Shown here piece by piece: positions 56,706 through 63,933 of a DNA stretch of 63,933 bases. The stretch's first letter is position 1. The number at the start of each line of letters is the position of its first letter. The notes beneath the pieces are model-generated. The model was given only the letters and a program-made list of their open reading frames with translations. It was not told the DNA's origin and did not search any database. The position numbers and the translations under genes are program-made. Source of the DNA: Anaerolineales bacterium (lineage in GTDB: Bacteria; Chloroflexota; Anaerolineae; Anaerolineales; E44-bin32). The stretch spans positions 1-63,933 of the forward strand of contig DASSGB010000099.1 of NCBI GenBank assembly GCA_035693825.1, read 5' to 3'.

Positions 56706-59700
56706 ATGAAGAAACCTGAAGAGTCTTTCGACGCCAAGAAGCGCTATGCCTCGGTCCGGCAGCAACAGGGTGCGGTCCAGACCGATTCGGATTGGAACAA
56801 ACCCAAGGGCAGCGCCGGAAAGGGCCCTGTGCGGCTGCCGGCATGGCCCTTGGTCATCGTGGTCATCGCCGGGCTGGCCATCGCCGCGGTTCTTGTCGGA
56901 CGGAGGCTGGTGCCGGGCCTCGCCCGACTTCCCGGGTCCGAGATTCTTCCCGCCGGTTCGAATCCGATCCTGGTGTCGCTCAAGCAACCGACCGAAGGGG
57001 CCTATCCTCAGGGCGGAACGCTACCCGTCGTGGCGCAGGCCCTTGGCTCGGAAGCTATCATCTCCCTGGAGCTGTGGGCCGACGGCGTCCTGGCCGACAC
57101 GGCCGGTTTCCAGGGGGAGGATCGCCTTTACGTCTCAGCCTCCTGGGACTGGACAGTTCCTTCGCTGGGCGAACATCTGCTTCTCGTGCGCGCCGTCGAC
57201 GCGCGCGGCCGCACCGGAGAATCCAACGTCGTCCGCCTCAACGGAATTGCAGATCCCGGCCTTGAGATTCGTCACACCACGGGCCTGGGCGAAACGCCTC
57301 AGCAGCTGGCGACGGACTTTGGCGCCGATCTGACGGCTCTGCTGGAGGCCAACCCGGGGCTCGCCCCGGATCAGGTGTTGCCGGACGGAGCGGTCGTGGT
57401 CGTACCATTCGCCGGCCAGGGGCCGGCCGAGTTTGCAGACCTCGACCACGACGTGCCGAACATCGGATCCACGGATCCGGCCGTCGCACCTCCCAGCCCA
57501 CTTTCGTTTTGGGTCCAGGAGAACCTTGGCGGGCCGGATACTCAACCGCCGTCGGCACCCGTCCTTGACCTGGCCGCAGCCGGGTGCGCCGCACGGCTGT
57601 TCATCGCCGACACCTCCGGCAACGAGGCCGGTTTCTTCGTCTACCGCATCGGCCCGGGCGCCTCCTCCTTCACGCGACTCGAGACTCTGGGCCCGCACGC
57701 CGGTTCCAACCCGATCGGCTACGACGTCCACACGACCGGCGGGAAGTATCAATTCTATGTTTCGGCCTTCAACACCGGAGGCGAGGCCGCCAGCAACTTG
57801 GTGGCCTTCGAGACTTCGGACTCGGCCTGCGCGCCGCCCGGAAGCGGTTTGCGACTGGAGGGCGACCAGCTGGTTCTTCCCCAGGCGGTGGACCTGGCCT
57901 TCCTCTATTACTCGGTCGACGGGAAGCCCTGGGGGCGGCTGCCCGCAAACCCGCACGCCTACTATCCTCCCGATGAGGACTCGGTCGCGCTGGGCGGTCT
58001 GCTCGAGGGATCCAACCTCGATCTCGACGTGTGGGGGTGGAGCGGCGGGGAGTTGGTTTCGCTCGGCCATCTGCAAACGGCCATCCCGCCCGACGCGCCG
58101 CCCTCCTGGCCGACGCGGCGTGGGCCGAGCCTGCTCGAGGGTTGCTTCCTCGGGGCCAACTGCACGGGCGATGTCGGCGGTACCCTCTGGGCAAAGAAGT
58201 TCACCATCGCCAAGTGGCAGGAGACGGGCTTCCAATGGCATGCACCGCTGGAAGGCGTCACCGGCGGCCTTTGGCAAATGTCGTCGCAACCTTTTGCCTT
58301 CACGTGCAGCCTGACACCGCCAGACTTGCTACTATCCGACCTGCTGCCAACACAAGGCGGCGTTACCCACTTCACCATCGACTTCAGCAAGTTCGCTCCG
58401 CCTCCCCTGGAGTTCGAAGACCAACCCTCGGAGCAGATGATCGAAGTCGGCCCGCTGGCCAACTACGGCGTGCCCACCCTGGGCGATGACTCGCTGGTGG
58501 AGATGCAGGCGGCGCCCAACGTCGCTCTCCCGGGAGGCACTCCGCCATCGAATGCGTACCTGGGCATCCCCGGCGGCATTCTGACGTGGGATGACGGCTT
58601 CCCCAAGTTCTACGTGCGCGTCCTTCCTCTGGTCGGCGGCAAGCCCCAGTGCAATCCTTCCAACACCGTCGTGGTCACCGTCGACACGACGCCTCAACCC
58701 CCCATCAAGTTCGAAGTGCCGGACCTGTCGCGCTTCAAGATCCTGTACGAGGTCAAGGTCACGGCCTACGACCCGCCGGTCTTCCCCGACTCCAGCTTGT
58801 GGGGATGTGTCGAGGTGATCAGCGTCAAGGATTACAGCCTGTCGGCTATGAAGTATGCGTTGGCGCTGAGCACCGGAGATCCCGTCTGCCCGGAATCGTT
58901 CAAGGGCGGCAACGACGATGACGTCATCACTATCATCAGCGATATCGGCGGCCTGATCACGGCTGCGTGGGACTTCATCGCCGACCTCTACAACAAACTT
59001 GACGAATTGGTCAAAGAGTTCCTGGCCAAGTTCAATCCCATTTGCCTGACGGCGACCTGGACCGCCGAGGCCGCCAACAGCGGAAAGGCCAAGACGACCA
59101 TCGAGGACGGCTGCAAGATCGGCGCGTCGATCGCCGTCGACGTTGCCAAGGCCTATGTCGGCCTACCGCCGTCCTTGCCCAATTACGAGGAGCTCGAGGG
59201 CAAAGGCAAAGATTACCTGGTCGAACTGGCGGCGGAGGAATTCGAATCCACGACCGGAATCCCCTGCCCCGACGAATGCAAGGACCTGATGCGACAGGGA
59301 GTCGATATGGCCTTCGACCAGCTCACGGCCGGCAGTCACTCCCCGGGGTGCGTCAGCGAATCCACCGCCCACCAATACGGGAAGGAGCCTCTTTGCCCTC
59401 CCAAGGGCGTCGTGGTCCAGCCCGCGTATGGGTCGGAGTACATCCCGCCCATCGCCTGGCTGCAGGTCCGTCGCCTGCCGGGCGTGGAGGAACCTGTGCC
59501 CTACCCGTTTTGTTCGGTCCGGGTCAGCATGAAGATCGACTATCACTTCCCGGGAGGCACGGTCTGGGGCCCGTACAGCCCGACCGGCACACCGAGCAAA
59601 CAGTATCCGCCGGCAGACGTCACCGTGTTCCCATTCCAGGGAAACGGTGTGGATATCCCGATGCTGGCCCCTGGGCAAACGGTGGAGCTGGCGGTTCCGT

Positions 59701-59939
59701 TCCGCGCCGCCCAGCCGATCATATTTCCCTGGACTCAGGACATGTTCAAGAAATCGCAGATCCCACCTGAGAATTTCGGAGAGGACTTCTACCGGTCGCT
59801 CAACAACGGCACGACGATCGTAACCGCCACCACCTACTTCCGGGAGTACTCCGCCCTGGCTGCCCAGTATGGAGGGCTGATCCCGTATTCGATGCCTTGC
59901 GCCCCGGACGACTCGCTGAGCACGACCCCGTCGCCCTGA
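56706..59939 (+). CDS. Large membrane-anchored surface protein: DUF6519-like N-terminal peptide, TM, Ig-like, LysM-like, FnIII-like, Cys-containing C-terminal region
   Basis: SFDAKKRYASVRQQQGAVQTDSDWN; TM WPLVIVVIAGLAIAAVLV; GETPQQLATDFG..LLEANP..VVVP; DTSGNEAGFFVYR..YVSAFN.GGE. Confidence 0.75.
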   Translation: MKKPEESFDAKKRYASVRQQQGAVQTDSDWNKPKGSAGKGPVRLPAWPLVIVVIAGLAIAAVLVGRRLVPGLARLPGSEILPAGSNPILVSLKQPTEGAYPQGGTLPVVAQALGSEAIISLELWADGVLADTAGFQGEDRLYVSASWDWTVPSLGEHLLLVRAVDARGRTGESNVVRLNGIADPGLEIRHTTGLGETPQQLATDFGADLTALLEANPGLAPDQVLPDGAVVVVPFAGQGPAEFADLDHDVPNIGSTDPAVAPPSPLSFWVQENLGGPDTQPPSAPVLDLAAAGCAARLFIADTSGNEAGFFVYRIGPGASSFTRLETLGPHAGSNPIGYDVHTTGGKYQFYVSAFNTGGEAASNLVAFETSDSACAPPGSGLRLEGDQLVLPQAVDLAFLYYSVDGKPWGRLPANPHAYYPPDEDSVALGGLLEGSNLDLDVWGWSGGELVSLGHLQTAIPPDAPPSWPTRRGPSLLEGCFLGANCTGDVGGTLWAKKFTIAKWQETGFQWHAPLEGVTGGLWQMSSQPFAFTCSLTPPDLLLSDLLPTQGGVTHFTIDFSKFAPPPLEFEDQPSEQMIEVGPLANYGVPTLGDDSLVEMQAAPNVALPGGTPPSNAYLGIPGGILTWDDGFPKFYVRVLPLVGGKPQCNPSNTVVVTVDTTPQPPIKFEVPDLSRFKILYEVKVTAYDPPVFPDSSLWGCVEVISVKDYSLSAMKYALALSTGDPVCPESFKGGNDDDVITIISDIGGLITAAWDFIADLYNKLDELVKEFLAKFNPICLTATWTAEAANSGKAKTTIEDGCKIGASIAVDVAKAYVGLPPSLPNYEELEGKGKDYLVELAAEEFESTTGIPCPDECKDLMRQGVDMAFDQLTAGSHSPGCVSESTAHQYGKEPLCPPKGVVVQPAYGSEYIPPIAWLQVRRLPGVEEPVPYPFCSVRVSMKIDYHFPGGTVWGPYSPTGTPSKQYPPADVTVFPFQGNGVDIPMLAPGQTVELAVPFRAAQPIIFPWTQDMFKKSQIPPENFGEDFYRSLNNGTTIVTATTYFREYSALAAQYGGLIPYSMPCAPDDSLSTTPSP

Positions 59940-59984
59940 TGACGAAGGGGCGCAGGTGACATCCTGGTTCGGGAGGAACGCAGC

Positions 59985-62237
59985 GTGAGGCACCTACACA
60001 CGGTCCGGTCTTTGATGCGAGTGACGGCGGTCCTCGCCGCCGTCTCCCTGGCCTGCGGCCTGCCCGGGCGCGCGGCTCTCACCGCAACGCCGACTCCGGC
60101 GCAGCCGACTCCCAGTCCGGATTCATGGGGCGAGGAGCTGCCTCCACCTCCGCCAGCCGGACTCGTCGACGCCTTGCAGTCAAAGGTCGAAGCCGGCGAG
60201 ATGTCCCAGGAGCAGGCGCTCGTTTCCGGCCTGCAGATCCTGGCCGGCGCGGTGGAGCTCGAGACCGTTCTGGACGAGGCCCCGGTCACCCTCGAAGGCA
60301 CGGGCGTGGTTCTCGACGCGCAGAACTATCTCCGGACCGGCGAAGATGAAGCCGCCAAGGCCGAAATCGAAAGGCTGCTCGAAGTCCTGGCGCCCCGCCC
60401 GGAGACTCTGCTGCCCTATTCGTCGCCCGAGGGCAGCTCCCTTCGCCCCGCGGCCGGGCTGGCGAGCCCGACGTTCCAGCAGGACTGTTCGGACCTTTTC
60501 GCCGGAGGCTTTCCTCAAGGCTCGTCCGCCCAGTGTTTCCAATACAAGGAAACGACCGTCGGCTCCACCACGATCCAGATCTTCTATCCGACCGAGGATC
60601 AACCCGAGGGATTCACGACGGCTTACGCCGATGCCGCCCTGCAGGCGACGCTGGATTCGCTCGACACGTTTTCGGCGTTGAAGCTGCCGGGAAGAGCGGT
60701 GGTGATGAAGGACATCGAGGTGGTCTTCTCCTTGCTCGACACCTCGAGCGGCACGACTCTGGCCATGGTGCCTTCGGATCCTGGTCAGAATCCTTGCCAG
60801 ATCATCCTCTTCCCGCTGGCCATCGTCCACAACGAGCAGGAGATGGAGAACGTGGCGCCCTCCACCGGCGGCCCCCCCGCGGCCACGGCCGTCTTCCAGC
60901 AGGACGTCGCCCACGAGGTCTTCCACTGCTTTCAGATCTGGAACTTCCCTGCCCTGGCGCAGAACGCGCTATGGGGAGTTCAGGACTGGTGGGGCGAAGC
61001 CACCGCCACCTACTTCGCCAACGTGGTCTACCCGACGGTCGACGAGGAGTGGATGTGGATCCAGAGCTGGGCCTACAACTCGGCCGTCACGCCGCTGGTC
61101 TACATGAGCTACGACAACTTCGGCTTCTTCCAGTATGTCGCCAACCGGATCGGAGACGAGGGCTTGCTGAGACTCATCGACAGCCTCACGCCCGCCTGGG
61201 CGGGCGACGAGTCGGCGCAGGCGGCGCAGCTTGCGCAGTTTCCCGAGATCCAAGCCCTGTTCGAAGACTACGCCCTGGCGTTCATGGACGGAACGATCGC
61301 CGACACTTCGGGGGAGGTCATCCCCACCGCCCCGGCATACATCCCGTCCCTCTTCCGCATCGATTCCTCTGGAGACGCGGTCGTCCCCTTCGGCAGCCCT
61401 CCGTTCACCCTGACCCGCTACGGCCTGACCTTGGGGTCCGCCGGCGCGTATCAACTCGACCCGATGCTCGCCGACTCTCCGGGCCGGGCCACGCTCCGGC
61501 CCGTCCCAGAGGTCGGTCAGTGGACCGACATTCCGACGGAGGTGCGCGGGTCGTGCGACACGCAGCGCTACTATCTCGTGATGGCGAACGCGTCCGAATC
61601 GGCCGGCAGTCTGGGCCTGACGGTGACCGCCGACGAACCTCTCGATTGCGGATTCACCCCGACCCCGCCGCCCGCCGAGGGCGAGCCCACTCAGCCCATC
61701 GCGGCGGACTGCCCTATCGGATTCGCCGAAGCGGGCTCTACCTACGGCTATGAGTGCGTCGATGGCGATCTGCGCGCCTGGATCGACAACGACCAGGTGC
61801 CGTACGATTTCATCACCGCCCCCTTTGGCCAGGAATACGGCGACGTCCGCATCGAAGCCGACGTCTTGATCAACTCGACAGAGGAGGAGCCGTTTGGCGG
61901 CGCTATTTTCGTATGTCGAGGAGCTCAGACCTTCGGTTTCTTCTACGCGTTCACGTTGGCCCCGGATGGGTCGGCGCAGATCTCCGACTACCTGGACGGG
62001 GGAGAACAGATCGCGCGATTCGGCAGCCTTCCAGAGGGCACGATGAAGGCCAACGACTGGAATCACGTGCGGGTCGACTGCATCGGGAACCACATGGCGA
62101 TTTACGTCAACGGCGAACTGGCGGTCGACCGCGACATGGACTCTCTGCCGCGTGGCGACATCGGGGTGGGCGCAGGCGGCGCCAGCGACGGCTTCGTCGA
62201 GGTGTTCTTCCGAAACGTTGTGGTGTCCGTGCCGTGA
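59985..62237 (+). CDS. Lipoprotein with HExxH zinc-metallopeptidase-like domain and C-terminal ConA-like (DUF1080-like) domain
   Basis: GGGAGG RBS, SLAC lipobox, VAHEVFHCFQ followed by WWGEATA; WNHVRVDCIG..IYVNG..GDIG..VFFRNV. Confidence 0.78.
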   Translation: MRHLHTVRSLMRVTAVLAAVSLACGLPGRAALTATPTPAQPTPSPDSWGEELPPPPPAGLVDALQSKVEAGEMSQEQALVSGLQILAGAVELETVLDEAPVTLEGTGVVLDAQNYLRTGEDEAAKAEIERLLEVLAPRPETLLPYSSPEGSSLRPAAGLASPTFQQDCSDLFAGGFPQGSSAQCFQYKETTVGSTTIQIFYPTEDQPEGFTTAYADAALQATLDSLDTFSALKLPGRAVVMKDIEVVFSLLDTSSGTTLAMVPSDPGQNPCQIILFPLAIVHNEQEMENVAPSTGGPPAATAVFQQDVAHEVFHCFQIWNFPALAQNALWGVQDWWGEATATYFANVVYPTVDEEWMWIQSWAYNSAVTPLVYMSYDNFGFFQYVANRIGDEGLLRLIDSLTPAWAGDESAQAAQLAQFPEIQALFEDYALAFMDGTIADTSGEVIPTAPAYIPSLFRIDSSGDAVVPFGSPPFTLTRYGLTLGSAGAYQLDPMLADSPGRATLRPVPEVGQWTDIPTEVRGSCDTQRYYLVMANASESAGSLGLTVTADEPLDCGFTPTPPPAEGEPTQPIAADCPIGFAEAGSTYGYECVDGDLRAWIDNDQVPYDFITAPFGQEYGDVRIEADVLINSTEEEPFGGAIFVCRGAQTFGFFYAFTLAPDGSAQISDYLDGGEQIARFGSLPEGTMKANDWNHVRVDCIGNHMAIYVNGELAVDRDMDSLPRGDIGVGAGGASDGFVEVFFRNVVVSVP

Positions 62238-62281
62238 TGCCGGCCTTGAAGAGTCTTGGTGATAAGAGGAGTTCGAAGATC

Positions 62282-62854
62282 ATGAGCCGATTCGCCGGGT
62301 CGAACGGGTATGCCGTCATCGCGATGGCCCTGAGCGCGGTCTTGGCCGCCTGTGGCGGAGCAGCGCCATCGCCGTCCGAGGCGCCGCCGGTTGCTGTATC
62401 GACCTTGGCCGTCCCGCCAACGGACGCCGGGCCGGAGGCGCCGCCGGCTCCATCCGGCACGCGCGATTTCGCCGCGCTCAACGTGTGTGAGTTGGTGACG
62501 CCGGAGGAGGTGCTCGAGCTGGCGGGCGGCGGGACGCTCGACGGCGAGCCGAACCAGCAAGGCGAGGCGACCTTCTCGATGTGCTGGTACAGCCTCGACG
62601 CGCCCAGCGGGGCCTACGAGTACTACATCGTGTATGTCGAGTCGGCCGACCTGGGCGAATTCGCCCTCGAGGCCGAGGAGGCCGGGGATCCGCTGGCCGG
62701 GTTGGGGGATGAATCGCGATTGTGGTTCGAGGAGGACGAGGACCAGTTCCGCCTGCTCGTCATCCTCCGCGGAGACTATGCCCTGGACATCGCGGGGACG
62801 GACTCTGAAGTCATGCTGGAGATCGCCCGGCTGCTCATCGAGCGGCTCGGCTAG
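62282..62854 (+). CDS. Lipoprotein (DUF3558-like), paralogue 1
   Basis: GAGGAG RBS, LAAC lipobox, NVCELVT.EE, CWY, GLGDE. Confidence 0.78.
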   Translation: MSRFAGSNGYAVIAMALSAVLAACGGAAPSPSEAPPVAVSTLAVPPTDAGPEAPPAPSGTRDFAALNVCELVTPEEVLELAGGGTLDGEPNQQGEATFSMCWYSLDAPSGAYEYYIVYVESADLGEFALEAEEAGDPLAGLGDESRLWFEEDEDQFRLLVILRGDYALDIAGTDSEVMLEIARLLIERLG

Positions 62855-62872
62855 GCGCGTGGAGGGGAGGAA

Positions 62873-63439
62873 GTGATGACGCCGTTGCATATCATCCGTA
62901 GGGCAACCATCTTGAGCATGCTGGCGTTGGCCGCCTGCGGCACCCGGCCGGAAGCAGCGGGAGAATCGGAGACCTCCTCCGCCACCGCACCCGCAGCCCA
63001 GCCGACCCAGGCGGCGGCCGAGCCGTCGCCACCGCCAGCAGGTCCCGGCCTGGACGTCGAATCGGTCAACCTGTGCGAAATCCTCCCACCGGCTGAGTTT
63101 GCCGAGCTCGCGGGTGGGACGCCCTACACCGAGATCACCTCGCCCGGGCCATCCTGTTCGTACGTGATCGATCCGGGCGACGGGACTGCCGCCTCCTATC
63201 ACACGTTCCTTTACCCCGTACAGACCGTTCGGGCGTTGATGGACTACGTGCGCGACTACGAATCAGCGGATTGGATTGAAGGATTTGGAGACTCGGCCTA
63301 CATTCAGGATGCCGAGAGCGGCGGGGGATTCGTGCTCATCATCCTCGTCGAAGGGCAATATGGGCTCGAAGTTGGCGGGCCCGAAAAGAGCGTTCTACAA
63401 GACACCGCGCGTGCCATCTTGGAGAGGGTCGGCCCTTGA
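62873..63439 (+). CDS. Lipoprotein (DUF3558-like), paralogue 2
   Basis: GGAGG RBS, LAAC lipobox, NLCEIL..AE, CSY, GFGDSA. Confidence 0.78.
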   Translation: MMTPLHIIRRATILSMLALAACGTRPEAAGESETSSATAPAAQPTQAAAEPSPPPAGPGLDVESVNLCEILPPAEFAELAGGTPYTEITSPGPSCSYVIDPGDGTAASYHTFLYPVQTVRALMDYVRDYESADWIEGFGDSAYIQDAESGGGFVLIILVEGQYGLEVGGPEKSVLQDTARAILERVGP

Positions 63440-63571
63440 CAGGTCCGACCCAGGTCGACCGGGGTGCTCCGCAGTCCCTCGGGCGTTCGGCCCGGGGCAG
63501 GATTCCATAGCCCCACCATCGCTGAACAGGACGCACCGGTGTGAGGGGCCGGGCGTCCCAAGGAGAAACCG

Positions 63572-63933
63572 ATGAAATCGCTCCGGCTCGCCCTGCTGGC
63601 ATCCCTGGTATTGGCCGCCTGCACGTGGCCCCCGGGCGGAGGCGTCGTGCAGGGAGTCGTGTATGCCGACCTCAACGGCAACGCCTCCATCGAATCCGGT
63701 GAAGGACCTCTGGAAGGCGTGGACGTCACCCTGACCGAATGCGGCCCCACCCTGACACAAACGACCGCCGCCGACGGAGCATTCCACTTCTCGAATCTGC
63801 CGGCCGGGTCGTGCCTGGTGCAGGCGGCCAAGGCGGGCTGGACTTTCTCCGGGTCCTTCCCGAGTCTGGGGTATCCCATCCCTGTCGCCTCCGACCCGAA
63901 TCTCCCGACGTCTTTCAGCATCTTCCTGGCGCC
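63572..63933 (+). CDS. Lipoprotein with SdrD B-like domain (runs off window edge)
   Basis: AAGGAG RBS; manual translation MKSLRLALLASLVLAACTWPPGGGVVQGVVYADLNGNASIESGEGPLEGVDVTL..TTAADGAFHFSNLPAG. Not in the supplied ORF track. Confidence 0.8.
   Translation, partial: MKSLRLALLASLVLAACTWPPGGGVVQGVVYADLNGNASIESGEGPLEGVDVTLTECGPTLTQTTAADGAFHFSNLPAGSCLVQAAKAGWTFSGSFPSLGYPIPVASDPNLPTSFSIFLA

Overview
High-GC bacterial chromosomal window, most likely Chloroflexota (Anaerolineae-like); this is inferred from gene content (sortase-fused surface protein, BTAD/NB-ARC/TPR regulator, many P/T-rich lipoproteins). Three blocks. (1) 1-29.4 kb: a minus-strand cell-surface glycan cluster that runs off the left edge and is headed by a NusG/RfaH-type paralogue. 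Besides glycosyltransferases, a Wzm/Wzt exporter and a DegT aminotransferase, it carries secondary-metabolite-style tailoring genes: FAD-dependent halogenase, carrier protein + AMP-ligase + AsnB + NadE-like cassette, a second Cys-less AsnB, B12 radical SAM enzyme, sulfotransferase-like protein, two acyltransferases, a degenerate UDP-GlcNAc 2-epimerase and two Asp-box propeller surface proteins. (2) 30-49 kb: housekeeping and signalling genes (NarL-type regulator, aminotransferase, arfB, mutY with an intact Nudix box, O-methyltransferase, a large surface protein fused to its own sortase, a PAS/GAF histidine kinase, clpC, CPBP protease, deazaflavin-type reductase). (3) 49.4-63.9 kb: a plus-strand AfsR/SARP-like STAND regulator followed by 11-bp-periodic direct repeats and a -10 box, a small protein and a run of eight lipoprotein/surface-protein genes with unusual domain combinations. 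No rRNA, tRNA, CRISPR array or transposase was seen. All calls come from motif reading, not database searches; several start codons are best guesses.
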